Shown: in pieces, positions 1-13,761 of the stretch | How positions within the stretch are numbered: position 1 is the first letter of the stretch | Layout: each line of letters begins with the position of its first letter | The notes under the pieces: generated by a model | Database searches by the model: none | Told to the model about the DNA's origin: nothing | Seen by the model: the letters and a program-made list of their open reading frames with translations, nothing else | Program-made: the position numbers and the translations under genes | Assembly (NCBI GenBank): GCA_951406725.2 | Contig: OX597829.1 | Coordinates: forward strand, 19,654,001-19,718,000 | Direction of reading: 5' to 3' | Origin: Octopus vulgaris | Taxonomy: Eukaryota | DNA: 64,000 bases

Positions 1-949
1 TGGCTGTGAACAGCTGACACTTTCCTCCATACCTAGCAAAATAAGCTGAGATATTTCATCAAATAATAATTATAATGATAATGAGTAATGATATAGACAA
101 ATGATTGAAGGTCATTAGACTAGAATGTCCTAAAGAGCATCTATAGACATTTTGCTTCTTAAGAACAGAAAAGGGTTTTGAGCAATTGAAAGCTTGTGGA
201 TATCTAAGGTTATAGGAAGTAAGTTGATACCTATGTAAATTCCATCAGGAATAAGATCAAACCTGAGTCAAAACAAATTATAATAACTGTTTCTAATGTA
301 GGCACACGGCCAGAAATTTTGAGATGAATGTTAGGCAATAATTTCAACCCCAGAACTAGAGTAGTACTTTCATCTTATTGATCTGGAAAGATGAAAAGCA
401 AAGTTGACTGTAGCAAAGTTGGTATTAAAAAATATTAATATTTCCACGTACTTCTATTTTCTCAAGCAAATGGTAATAATAATGAAAAATGGAAAAAAAG
501 AAAACAATAAAAAATCAGCAGTAAAAGAAGTAACACAAATATAACAAAGTGTAATAAAAAATATGCTATAAAATGGTGCCAATTATAAAAAAAAGCACTA
601 AACCAATAGATAACGGGTTAATTGCAAGAAATCAGGAAAAATAAGAACAGCCTTTATTCACTCTGTTGAGAAAAGCAATGGACACAAGCTCCTCAAGCAA
701 CTAAAACATGGCCAAGGTCGTTTGACTTGTTGGAAATAACAGTCAGATCTCCTTTATATCACACCAAATTGTCTTTAAAAAAAGGACTATTTTTGGATAG
801 TATAGTCCTGAATAAAAGACTGGAATGTAGCTGGTCATAGGTTTTCTTAATTGTGGTTGACCTGGTTGGGGGTGGAGATAGGGGTGGGGTGCAACTAAAC
901 TATATAAATATATACTGTCATACACATGCATTATATCTTTTATATTCTA

Positions 950-1365
950 TTTTCTATTTGTTTCAGTCATTTGACTGAAGCCATGCTGGAGCAACGCCTT
1001 GAAGAATTTTTAGAATTTTTAGTCGAATGAACCAACCACACTACTTTTGTGTTTTTAAGCTCAGTAATTTTTCTCTTGATCTCTCTTGCCTAACCACTAC
1101 GTTACAGGGATGTGAACACACCAACATCAGTTGTCAAATGGTGGTGGTGGGGGTGGGTGGAATACAGACACAAACACACAAACACACACACACACACATA
1201 TACAACAGACTTGTTTCGGTTTCCGTCTACCAAATCCACTCACAAGGTTTTGGTCAGCCCAAAACTATAGTAGAAGATACTTCCCCAAGGTGCCACACAG
1301 TGGGACTGAACCCGAAACCATGTGGTTGGGAAGCAAGCTTCTTACTACACAGCCACAGCTGTGCT
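950..1365 (-). mobile_element. SINE family A
   Basis: Reverse-complement match to 2883-3275. Confidence 0.8.
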
Positions 1366-1376
1366 TATATATATAC

Positions 1377-1407
<31 letters not shown>

Positions 1408-2091
1408 TGTATGTATGTATGTATGTATGTATGTATGTATGTATGTATGTATGTATGCATATCTTATATACAACATCAGCAAGACCCATTGAGGGAGTAT
1501 CTACATGGTTGCTCAACTTACTAAAAATAGCTGTTCAAGCAACCTTGAAATCACATTCTGTTAACTTAAGAAAGGAGCAGATACATTAGATAGTACAATA
1601 AACAACCTGTTATCTGGTACTCATATAAACAGAATTCTCAAACAATGGACACCCAGAGTAAAGCAAAACATCAAGTGTGGCTGATTGAAGTTGAGAGAAT
1701 TTGTATTAATTTGTGTTAATTATCATTAGAAAAGGAAATTACCGTTGTATCTAAAATGGACTGTTGCTTCTCGAAGCACAGGTTCAGTATTTTATTTTGC
1801 TGCATTTACAGTACCAACATTCTATTAGGTAAATAAAACATGTTCTTAAATTTTATACTGTTATTTCTTCCTATTTCTACCATATATTCAGAATGTTAAT
1901 GATAATACTGATGAATGTATAGAGTTTTAATGAGTTCTGTCAAGTGCTGTGGTAATTTAAGTAATGATCAGATGTCTGGAAAATTCAATAATTCAACAAC
2001 CCTTAGGTCCCAGGGATGTCAGAGAAAAGGTCAGTTTCGCTGCATAATACCATGAAAAAATAGGGGTTCTTATGACAAGCATAAACTTGAT

Positions 2092-2318
2092 CAGTGGTTC
2101 TCAACCAGGATCCATATGGCCCTTGGGAGTCCATATAAGAATCTGCTGTTAAACTTTATGAGCAATAAGTTGGTTATATTTCTACAATACACAAAATATT
2201 TTAACAATTTTTTCCATACAATTCCTAATAATATTTATTTATAAAAATATAATATGAATTTTTTAAACATGGAATGGCTATGAGGGTCCATCCTCAGCCA
2301 AAGAATAGTTGAGAACCA
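2092..2318. mobile_element. hAT MITE
   Basis: CAGTGGTTCTCAACC...GTTGAGAACCA. Confidence 0.7.
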
Positions 2319-2882
2319 TTACTCTTGATGATCAGTGTGCTCACTCAGGGCTAACTCTGAGGCTAAACAGCAATATCCACAACACAAAGCAAAGAGCGAG
2401 GTCATTGCCAGTACTGCCTGACTGGGCACGTAAAAAGCACCCACTACACTCTCGGAGTGGTTGGCATTAGGAAGGGCATCCAGCTGTAGAAACTCTGCTA
2501 GATCAAGATTAGGAACTTGTTGAACTAAGTTACCAAGCACAAAGAAGCACCACCGAAAAATGGACATGACACAGACGCACATAGTTTTATACCTATTATT
2601 ATTGGAGCAACAGGGTATGTACCAAGCTGCCAGGAGCAAAGTATGACTGAACTTGGGTTGTTGGGGAAAGAATGCTACTCCATAATTCATACGATACTAA
2701 AAATTTGCAAAAGCTTCTTAAGATTTAAAGGATGTTGAACAAAACAAAACTTCCCTTCACAACCTTGCTACCAAGTAGGTGGCCAGACAAAATTAATGCT
2801 AAATGAAAAAAGAGAGAAGGAAAACATACACACATACAATATATACAGACATTCATACACACATACATAAATACATACATAT

Positions 2883-3275
2883 AGGTGCAGGAGTGGCTGT
2901 GTGGTAAGTAGCTTGCTTACCAACCACATAGTTCCGGGTTCAGTCCCCCTGCGTGACACCTCAGGCAAGTGTCTTCTACTATAGCCTCAGGCCAACCAAA
3001 GCCTTGTGAGTGGATTTGGATGATGAAAACTGAAAGAAGCCCGTTGTATATATAAATTTATATATGTGTGTGTGTGTGTTTATCCCCCCCACCACCACTT
3101 GACAACTGATGCTAGTGTGTTTATGTCCCCATAACTTAGCAGATCAGTAAAAGAGACTGATAGAATAAGTACTAGGCTTACAAAGAATTAGTCCTGGGGT
3201 CAATTTGTTTAACTAAAGGCAGTGCTCTAGCATGACCGCAATCAAATGACTGAAACGAATGAAAGAATAAAAGAA
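2883..3275 (+). mobile_element. tRNA-derived SINE family A (octopus type, CORE-like box, internal TA/TG microsatellite)
   Basis: A box TGGCTGTGTGGTAA, B box GGTTCAGTCCC, GGCAAGTGTCTT, tail ATGACTGAAAC...AAAGAATAAAAG. Confidence 0.85.
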
Positions 3276-3284
3276 GAGAAATAC

Positions 3285-3904
3285 ACACGCACACACACAT
3301 ACACACATACACACATTCATACATACATACATACATGTACACACATACATACACACATACATACATACATACATATATACATACATACATACATACATGC
3401 ATGCATGCGTGCGTGCGTACGTACATACATACATACATACATACATACATACATACATACATACATACATACATACATACATACATACATACATACATAC
3501 CAATAATAATTGGTAAACTTAGTTTTGCAAGTAAATACCTAAGTGTCAGTCTGGATAAGCTTGGATTTTCAGAAAATGAAATCAACCAACTGAATCATGG
3601 ATTAGAAATACAATTTGTAAGTGGAACAGTAGAACTATGCGAGACTTTTCTCAGGATTAAAATGTTACATTGTTTCCATTATCTACATTCCAACGAAGGA
3701 GCTTTGTATCTTTGTTAGAAACCAGCTCTTTCTTCAGAGGAAGAATTTAAATGGTTAAATACAGAAGAGATATGCATACATACTTACATATTTACATACA
3801 TGCATTCATACATACATACATACATACATACATACATACATACATACATACATACATACATACATACATACATACGTGCATGCATGCATGCATACATACA
3901 TACA

Positions 3905-3935
<31 letters not shown>

Positions 3936-4350
3936 GTATGTACGTACATACACATGTATGTACGTACATACATACATACATACATAATTCCTACATACAT
4001 GCATACATACATACATACATACATACACATACATTCATACATACATACATTCATATATTCATGCATACATACATAAATACATACATACATACATACATAC
4101 ATACATACATTCATACATACATGCATTCATACATACATACATACATTCATACATACATACATACATACACACATACATACATACGTACATACATACATAA
4201 ATATATACATACATACATACGTACATACATACATACATACATACAAACATTCATACATACATACGTACGTACGTACGTACGTACATACATACATACATAC
4301 ATATGTACATACATACATACAAACACACATACATACATACATATATACAT
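3285..4350. repeat. (CATA)n microsatellite blocks (3285-3500, 3772-4350); also (TATG)n 1377-1457
   Basis: Visible tetranucleotide repeats; source of the YIHT/MYVC ORFs. Confidence 0.97.
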
Positions 4351-4557
4351 ATTTAAATATTTGAGAGCCCCTTAACAGTCTCTATCTACTAAACTTCAAA
4401 ATAGGTGCCAGGCTAAAATAACTACCAGAGTCATTATTATTGACTAAGACCCTTGAATGTAAGGCCCGTATATGGCCACATTCCACTGACTAAAATGTAT
4501 AAAAGAATAAAAGAATAAAAGAATAAAAGAATGAAAGAATGAAAGAATATACTATAC

Positions 4558-4920
4558 CTCTCCATCACTTTGTTCTTTGAGAAATGTCACTATACCGGCA
4601 CGGACTCTATTCTTATAGCCCCGAACAGTTCCTTTGGCACTAGTAATCCGAATTTCTTGTAGAGTGTTTGGATCAGACACATCTCTTCGACCAACGAAAT
4701 TACTTTCTGTAAGGGGCAGGGTCTTCACGGCATTCATATTGAACCAAGTGTTTGCAGGTTTCTGCGGAATCAAATTCTTTTGTTTGTACAAATTGTTACT
4801 GTTGAGTTTGGAATAGTTCTTCTCGGCTATTGACTTGTCTTTACTTTTGGTTTCTTGATCTGTATTCTTATTATTAACATGTTTCGTGGAGTACATATTC
4901 AAATTTCGGGAGTTATCCAT
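4558..4920 (-). CDS. GRXCR1: GRXCR1/CG31559-like glutaredoxin domain-containing cysteine-rich protein, first visible coding exon (121 codons)
   Basis: ORF ends in ITSAKGTVRGYKNRVRAGIVTFL, matching the conserved invertebrate GRXCR motif (SAKGTVRGVKNRVRAGIATFL) that precedes the glutaredoxin domain; followed by phase-0 donor GAG|GTATAG at 4557. No downstream glutaredoxin or Cys-rich exons seen in 1-4557. Confidence 0.8.
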
Positions 4921-5719
4921 TTCAAATACTATAAATTTTATTATTGAGTTGAATATAAATTTTTCTTCTCCTACACAAACATATACAGCCTTTATTGTTG
5001 TAGTTTTTATTAACTTAATGATATGAAAGGTCAGATGATTTCAAAGATGTCTTAAATCTATATAAAAGTCATGGACACTGCTGTTTTACAAAATGCTTTG
5101 TGAATATTTTAAGTTTTTGTATGGTATTCAATCATTGCTTTTGTTATTTTTCACTTATGTTCTTGAGCTGTTCTTTTTGTTGTTCTGTTTGATTAAATCC
5201 CGCAGCTGTTTTTTGTTTTTTGCTTTTTTTTCACCCCAAAATTCCTCAAAATTCTTTCTTTCAAAATGTCTCTTCATTTAAATGGTACTTTCATTAAAAT
5301 CTGATTCAGTTTATGTGTATAGGATTTCATTGTTTTTCTTTGTCTGTTGCCCGTAATTCTTATTTTTGCTTTCATCAAGGCTGGAAATTATTTCTCTCGA
5401 TTCTGAAAGAGACAAAGGTAGTAAGTGACAAGAATGACAATAAGATCAAGAAAGAAAGAAAGAAAGAAAGAAAGAGAGAGGGGGTGGGAGAGAGAGAGAA
5501 TAGGAAAAACAAAACAAATAAAAACATAAGACTTCTCTTACAAAAACAAAAGCTAATAAACAAAATATTGATTGTCATAGACTAAGACGAGATAAATCCT
5601 TGGGCCTGGATTGGAAGACAAGCAAACAAATATTGACATTAGAAGTTTCAACTTTCCACGCAGGCAAGCTATAGATAGAAATTTTGATTGAACTGGAAAG
5701 GGATGACATACCATGGTGT

Positions 5720-6090
5720 CATTGTTGTTGGTGGTGGTGGTGGTGATGGTGGTGGTGATGGTGGTGGTGGTGTTAGTGTCAAAAGTGGTATTGGCGGTGG
5801 AGGAGGCGGAGTTGGGGGAGAGGTGGAGGGGGAGGTGAAGGCTGTGTTGGCAATGAAAGCAGGTGGTGGTAGTGGTGGTGATGGTGGTAGTGATTTCAAT
5901 GATGACAACTATGATGATGACAATCATCATCATCATCATCATCATCATCACATCATCATCATCATTGTCATCGTCGTCATCATCGTCGTCATCATCGTCA
6001 TTGTCGTCATCATTTTGATTATGCTGAGAGAAGAGTTCATCATAGAAATAACGATAAACGGTGAAGATGATGAAAATGAGAATGATGAAT
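5720..6090. repeat. (GGT)n/(CAT)n/(GAT)n trinucleotide repeats
   Basis: Visible low-complexity trinucleotide runs. Confidence 0.9.
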
Positions 6091-6262
6091 AAAACACAAG
6101 AATGATTAATAACACAATATAGAATTTAATTTTTTTTTTTAAAAACCTACAGAGAATAAAATTAAAAAAAAAAAAGAAATAAAAACAAAAAGAAAGAAAG
6201 ATGGAAAGAAAGTAAAACAGAAAGTTAGAAAGAGAAAAAAAAGAGATTGGAGAAGGTGTAGA

Positions 6263-6568
6263 TTAGGGGTTCTCAGCCTTTTTTTTTTATCTATGGACCC
6301 CTTTAATTCCTATTTTCCTTGGATGGAGCCCCATAGCCATTTGATGTTTAAAAAATCCTATTGCATTTTTATAATTAAATATTATTAAGAACTGTAAAAA
6401 ATTGTTAAAATATTTTGTGTCTTGTAGAAGTATAACGAATTTATTGTACATAAACTCTACTGGTCTGAAACAGAATCTTTCATGGTCCCTGAAAAATTGC
6501 CATGCACCCCACCCCCCAATCTTATATGGGCCTCCAGGGTCCATGTGAACCCTGTTTGAGGACCCCAC
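6263..6568. mobile_element. hAT MITE, opposite orientation
   Basis: AGGGGTTCTCAGCC...GTTTGAGGACCCC; body matches the 37424 and 57345 family. Confidence 0.65.
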
Positions 6569-7299
6569 GTGTAGATGAAAGTAAAAAGGCGGTAAAAGTT
6601 GAAAAGAAGGAAAAGATAGAGCTGGATATAAAAATGAAAGAAAGGTAGAATGATATAAAAAGAATATAAGCAGTCTCCAAATTTCAGGCCTTGTGGCTTT
6701 AGTAGAAAGCATTACTAAATTGTCATAGGAAGATTTTGTAAGACTTGAGTTTAAATTAGTTTAGAATGTGAATGAAAGTATATTTTACATACATGCCCAA
6801 TGCTAATGAAGGAACCACTATGTGGCTGCTTCAATTGCTAGAAACGTCAGCTAAAATTCCCTCAGGTAACATTCTACTATTTTAAAGCAAAATCAAAGAA
6901 GAAAGAAAATGTGGGGTTGGAAGAGTACATTTGAGTCTTATATAATCTTAAAGGGACTGGATATCCATGGCCGGAATGCCTTTGAACATTGGGTCTGCTC
7001 GATAAGAGTTGAGCTGGGATAAAAAACAACAAAAGCAACAAGAATGACAAACTTTTCTAAGATGGTGATACAAAACCGAGAAATCAAAGAGAAAAGTTGA
7101 ATACCTTCATAGAACCATTATACATTCACAGGTAGAAAGTTCTTTAGCGTAATGCTTATGTTAAAACAAACCATCATGCTACTTTTCTTTTATCTATTTT
7201 TTTATTGTTCTTTTATTACTTTTGTTATTTTCTAAAATTTGTTTTTTCAATGCATGCTGTCATCCATCAAAGTATTTATAGCTTGTGGATGTATATAAT

Positions 7300-7741
7300 A
7301 ACACATGCACACACATACACACACACACACACATGCATACACACACACACACACACATGCATACACACACACATATTCACACATGCACACACATACACGG
7401 ACACACCAACATACACATATGCACAAACATTATACACACATGTATACGTGTACATGTGCATGTGTGTATGTACATATACACACATATATACATATATATA
7501 TATATTTATATATATGCATATGCATATATATGTATGTGTATATATATATATGTGTGTATATGTATATGTATATATATACATACATGTACATATACATATA
7601 TATATATACACACACATACACACCCATATATATATATATATATATGCATATATGAATGTTTGTGCGTGGGTGTATATATATATATATATATATATATAAA
7701 TATATATATAGTTGCATACATCCACACACACTCACTCACAC

Positions 7742-7818
<77 letters not shown>

Positions 7819-8392
7819 AGACCATAAAAGACAGGTTGCGTGATCATAGAAATTAGTGTGAAAAGTTTCTATACATCATTGTATACACCACTGTGAATAG
7901 TAAAGTAAATGTAGTGTTTTTTTTTGTTATTTATATATTTCCTTTAGATTTCTATTTTGTTTCATTTATGTTCCTCCATTGGTGGTTTCCCTACCTGTAT
8001 GCCAGTGTACAGTGTTTGTCACCTGACCCATCTCTAAGGTTTTACCTGAAGGCACATTGCTACTATCTACATTCTCGTACATAGAATCACACATTCATAT
8101 ATACATACATAAATGCACACACACACACACATACACGCATGCATATACATACATACTTATGTATTTGCTTTCATATGTAAAAATCACACACATAGTCATA
8201 AACTTGCACATACATACATACACATACATACATACACATACACACATGCATGTATACATCATACACACACACACATACATACATACGAGCATGCATGCAT
8301 GCATACATACATACATATATACATACATGCATACATACATACATACACACATACATGCATACATGCATGCATACATACATACATACATACAC

Positions 8393-8427
<35 letters not shown>

Positions 8428-8590
8428 TATACACACACATACACACACATAAAACACACATGCATACATACACATACATACACATACACACATATACATA
8501 CATACTTATATACACATATACATACATATATACACACATAGATATATATACATACACATGTATGTATACATAAATATGTACATACATTCA
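7300..8590. repeat. Compound (CA)n/(TA)n/(CATA)n microsatellite region
   Basis: Two blocks, 7300-7818 and 8090-8590. Confidence 0.95.
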
Positions 8591-9054
8591 GGTGATTATA
8601 GAGATTTACAACAAAAATGCATCCAATAGCAAGATAAGTCTAGTTTGAGAACAATGTCAAACAATATGAAAAAAAAGAAAATAATCAGATACTAGAAAAG
8701 ATAAAAAAAAGCCAAATTTCTGACTACTTGTAAAAACAAAATGAAAGCAAAGAGAGAGAGAGAAAGAGAGAGAAGGGTTGAGAGATAGGGATATTGACAT
8801 GACAATTCCTTCTGGTGAAACAGGAGTAAAAAAATGTAAAGGAAAAAAAATAATGGGTGACCAAAGAAATTTCAAGGATGGGACCATGTCCAGACCTCTC
8901 TCACAGACCAGTGAGGTGATGGCAGCGGTGGATATAGTGGTTGTGATGGTGGTGGTGTATATTGGGGATATGGTGGTGGTTCTTAATAAAATAATGGCAA
9001 GGGAATAGGAACAATGTAAATATATTTGATAAACAATGGAAAAATGATTACGCC

Positions 9055-9109
<55 letters not shown>

Positions 9110-9917
9110 CTGCAGCACATGTTCATCCAACCTGTCAACCAGCTGGCCAGCCAGCCAGTTAACCAGCCAACTGCCCTTCTGTTGCTTCACAAATAAGAAA
9201 ATATTGAAAGGGACACTCAATGCACACATTAGAGCAAAAAAAGAAAAAACAGAGAGGGGTTAACACAATAGAATGTCATGCAAATCAATGTTTTGTTTTG
9301 TTTTGTTTCGTCTTGTTTTGTTTTGGTTTGTGGGGGCAGTGAGGAAGTATTTTTATTTATTTATTTATTTATTTGGGAATTACGCAAGGTAAAGTTACTG
9401 GTGAAAGGTAAACAGGAAACAAAGAAGATATTTGTGAAATGAAATAGGAAAAGTCAATAGGTAAGAACCCAATGGTTAGAATGTTGGAAGCAACAAAATA
9501 AGCCTCTAAGTCACAGGTTCCCAACAGGTGTGCTGCGAGATCAACCGAGGGGTGTTGTGAAATATACATACATATGTGGTATTATGATTGATCATTTAGA
9601 GTCAAAAATACATTTTGATAATATTTTAACAATAGATATTATTGTCACCTTATATTTTGTAATGTTGTCTGTTACATTTTTTGTATTGTCATCTATTTTA
9701 TGTTTATTATATCAAAGGACATAGTGTTCTGAAACAGATGTTACTATCCAGGAACAAAGTTTTGTTATATTGATGTTGAATCAAAAAACATCTGTCATAT
9801 TATATTTTCAAATAGGGGTGCCATGGATTTCTGAAAGCCTTGAGGCAGAAAAGGTTGGGATACTGTGCTCTATGTGGTCTCTTAACATGCTGAGAACAGA
9901 CGCTAAACATTGCAGCC

Positions 9918-11049
9918 TTAACCCTTTGGCATTCAGGTAACTCTGTCAAAAGACTTATGGTGAAACTCTCAGCAATGGGTGTAAGAGATGATCTCTATAA
10001 CTGGTTGAAGTCCTTCATTATCGGCCGAAAAGAGGTTGTCACATTTCTAGGACAGCGCTCTTCACCATATGAGATGACATCTAGTGTACCACAGGGATCT
10101 GTTCTTGGCCCCATTTTATTTGTTGCATATGTTAATGACAGATCCTGTACACTATAGATCTTTATTGCAATCAGACCTGGACATAATGCAGCAGTGGATC
10201 ATGGACTGGCAACTTAAACTGGCTGTGGACAAATGTACCACCATGCATTTTGGGAGGAAAAACCCAGAGTCTACTTACTCCCTCCACAACACTAATCTCA
10301 AAAAGTCTTCTTGTGAACGTGACCTGGACATTATTGTCGACAGCAATTTGTGTTGGACAAAACACATTACTAAAATTGCCAAGAAGGCTGAGGGTGTCTT
10401 GGCATCACTCACCAAGTCCTTTGTGAGCCACTCTCCAGCTATCTATCTGCGGCTTTATATAGCTATGGTACGACCTCACCTTGAATTTACATCACCAGTC
10501 TGGAACCCTTTTCTTGCCCAGGATATTAACCATCAGGAAACTGTTCAGTGATGTGCAACCAAGAGAATACCCTCCATCTGGCATTTGCCATATTCTGAAT
10601 GCCTTACTTCCCTGGGCATGGATACATTGAAACTCCGATGTCTGGCAGCTGACTTGGCAGACACCCATAAAATTATTTACCATCTTACTAACAATAACTC
10701 TGAGCACCTTTTCAAACTTCACCTGTCTAACACCTGTGGACATATTTACAAAGTCAGAAAACAGCACAGCTCCCATGACTTTCAGAAACATTTTTTCACA
10801 CTAAGAATTGCTGAAGCATGGAACAAACTGCCGGCATCAGTTGTTAGTTGTCAGAGCACTGCATCCTTCAAAACTTCCATGCTTCCTGAGATTCACCAAC
10901 ACTACACCTGATTTTCTCCCTTCTATACACATGCAAGCATGTATCTGACTCATACACTGTTCACTTTCCAGACATTTGTACATTACTGCATATGCTTTAT
11001 ACGCATTTTTGACAAGTTGTGGTGCACCTGAGCACTATATACAATAATT

Positions 11050-11105
<56 letters not shown>

Positions 11106-12000
11106 ATTTATTTCTTAATATTGTTTTGAATCAATCATGCATTATCTAATAGCTTTGAGATTTCAATGATATGATTGTACATTTTTAGAATGACATTGTA
11201 GGGTAGGTGTGAAAGATTGGATCTAGCTACTTTAAACATAAAACAAGTAGAATGGACCAGATATGGCTGTTTTAAGCCTTTAGCATTCAGATTACTCTGT
11301 CAAATGTAATGCTTATTTATTCACATTGTTTTGAATTAATCACGCATTATCGCATAGCTTTGAGATTTCAATGATTTCTGAAGACTTTCATAAATTTATG
11401 ACAAAATTTATGATAAATTTTAGAATGACATTGTAGAGCAGGTGAAAGGAGCCAGATTTTTTACGTTTGAACATAAAACAGATAAAATATTTAGGCCACA
11501 CATGGCCAGTTTAAATACTAAATGAATATATATTTATATATAGGTATGTGTAAAACCCTTTAGCATTCAGATTACTCTACCAAATGTAATGTTTATTTAT
11601 TCACATTGTTTTGAATAAATCATGACTTATCTTGTAGCTTTGAGATTCCAATGGTGTGATTGTTTAGTTTTAGAATGACATTGTAGGATAGGTGTATGAG
11701 GTTGGATCTTTTATGTTTAAACGTAAAACAGGTAGAATATTTGGTCCAGATATGGCCAATTTAAATACTAAAAAGATATATATGTATACGTCTGGTTTAA
11801 CCCTTTCGTGTTTAGATTTCTCTGTCAAACGTAATGCTTATTTATTCACATTGCTTCAAATTAATAACATCTTCTCTCATTGCTTCAAGATTTCAATGAT
11901 GTGATTGTTTATTTTCAGAATGACATGGTTGGTTAGGTGTGAAAGGCCAGACCATGCCAGTTTGAACATACAACAAGAATATATTTCAAACTAAGAGTTA
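9918..12000 (+). mobile_element. Cluster of four piggyBac-like MITE copies; the first is split by the CR1 insertion
   Basis: TTAACCCTTT(A/G)GCATTCAG starts at 9918, about 11272, about 11552, about 11797; shared body of about 220-250 bp (TTGTTTTGAATTAATCATGCATTATC...TTTAGAATGACATTGTAG); copy 1 resumes at about 11104. Confidence 0.75.
9951..11103 (+). mobile_element. 5'-truncated CR1-group LINE (RT C-terminal part, 3' UTR, (ATT)n tail)
   Basis: SVPQGSVLGPILFVAYVND, LQSDLD, RDLDIIVDSNL, LYIAMVRPHLEFTSPVWNP, FFTLRIAEAWNKLP; a deletion removes the YADD segment; internal stop; tail 11052-11103. Confidence 0.9.
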
Positions 12001-12235
12001 AACAACAACATGCTTTCTTGAAGAATGTTATTTCATGAAAGGGAAAACATGAGATTGGAACAGTCGTTGTTGCATGTGCATTTGTGAGGTTATTATTCTT
12101 CCCAACCACATGGTTCTTGGTCCAGTCCCATTGTGTGACACCTTTGGCAAGTGTCTTTTACTATAGCTCTTGGGCTGACAAAAGCATTGTGTGTAGATTT
12201 GTTAGACAGAAACTGAAAGAAACTCATTAAATATA

Positions 12236-12760
12236 TCACCATCATCGTTGTCGTCATTAAATGTCCGCTTTCCATGCTGGCATGGGTTGGACAGCTTGAC
12301 TGAAGGCTGGCAAGCCAGAAGGCTGCACCAGGCTCCAATCTGACCTGGTAAATTTGCTATAGCTGGATGCCCGTCCTAATGCCACCCACTCTGAGAGTGT
12401 AGTGGGTGCTTTTTATGTGCCACTCAGACAGTACTGGCATGGACCACACTTGAATGGTGCTTCTTACCTGCCACCAGCACAGGAACCAGTCAGGTGGCAC
12501 TGTCATTGACCACAGCAATGACTTCACTTGACTCAACAGGTCTTCACAAGTGCAGTTTATTGCCCAATGATTGAAGAGTACTCTTAAATGGGCCAGTTAT
12601 GCTGCACTGGCATAGGCCATGATTCTGGTCCTACTTGGCTTGCCAAGTCTTCTCAAGCACAGCATATCTCCAAAGGTCTTGATCACTTCTCATTGCCTCC
12701 ACGAGGCCCAACGTTTGGAGGTCATGCTTCACCACCTCATCCCAGGCCTTCCTGGGTCTA
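12236..12760 (-). mobile_element. RTE 3' fragment
   Basis: RPRKAWDEVVKHDLQTLGL...DLWRYAVLEKT plus 3' UTR and (CAT)n. Confidence 0.85.
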
Positions 12761-12820
12761 TATATACATACATACATAAATACATACATACATACATACA
12801 TGCATACATACATACATACA

Positions 12821-12856
<36 letters not shown>

Positions 12857-12980
12857 TATATGCATATATATACAGGTAAATTTTTCTTGCTCACAATAGT
12901 TTTCTTTTAAACAGAGTAGGATGTTTAAGTAAGGAATGCACATGAGTTAATGCAGTGAATATTTTAGAAATAGATGTTAA

Positions 12981-13058
12981 AATGTTATTTTCAACTGAAG
13001 ATTGCAGAGTATGTTTGTTATGCAAAGCATGAAATCAATTGATATTGAAATATACATT
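12981..13058 (+). ncRNA. Type I hammerhead ribozyme motif (Penelope-like element relic)
   Basis: Stem I UUUCAA/UUGAAA (extendable with AAUGU-AU/AUACAUU), core CUGAAGA 12995-13001, imperfect stem II (UGC..UUUG-loop-CAAA-GCA), GAAA 13031-13034, palindromic stem III UCAAUUGA, UA cleavage site at 13043-13044. Confidence 0.7.
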
Positions 13059-13761
13059 ACTTATTGATGTATTCAACGTGAATGTAAGCCTATTTCTCAT
13101 ATGTTCATTGCATTGCTCGTGTGTATCTTTATCATGAGTTTATGGTGGTTTTTGGAGCATTGCAAGTGGTATCATATACCCTACTGAATCTAAATTTACT
13201 TTATATTGTGCCTGTAATGGAGTGAACTTGCTAGTCAATTTATTGTTACCTTATTAATACTATTAATAACAGCAATAATACTTTTTTATTTACATATATA
13301 TATACATACATATATACTTCACGTTTTCTATTTTTCTAGTCATCACTCTGTCATATGGGCCACCTGTATTGCCAACTATTACCTACCTTACTTTTGTCCA
13401 GCTCAACTGTTGTTAATAACTCTGCTCCCACCACAAATAATCTTGTCTTCTCTATCATATTCTTTCTCCTTTAATCACCATTTCTGGTCTTTCTACTGTC
13501 ATTTTCCCGTCTCTCCTTTTCCCCTCCTCGGTTATCTGAGCAAAGGCCCCATACTTACATTCTTGCCAGCTATTGCTATCATTCCTGCTGTCATTACTCC
13601 TACTGTTATTCCCCTCTTTGGTCTACACACCTTAGTTTACTAAATATCATCAGCATTTACATTTACTGTATACAAGGCACTCCTCTCTGGTACTGGCACC
13701 ATGACAGAGCACACCATTTCATGCTTATTTGAGAACAATCTGTTTGCTGATCTGTGCTATC

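Noticed and set aside
5553-6092. Gly/His/Ile-rich and Pro/Thr-rich ORFs on both strands
   Set aside because: Trinucleotide repeats open in several frames; no conserved domain.
1027-8587. Many long ORFs such as [22 protein letters not shown] (also near 19883-20432, 26400-27100, 45124-46752)
   Set aside because: Translations of stop-free microsatellites; no splice or homology support.
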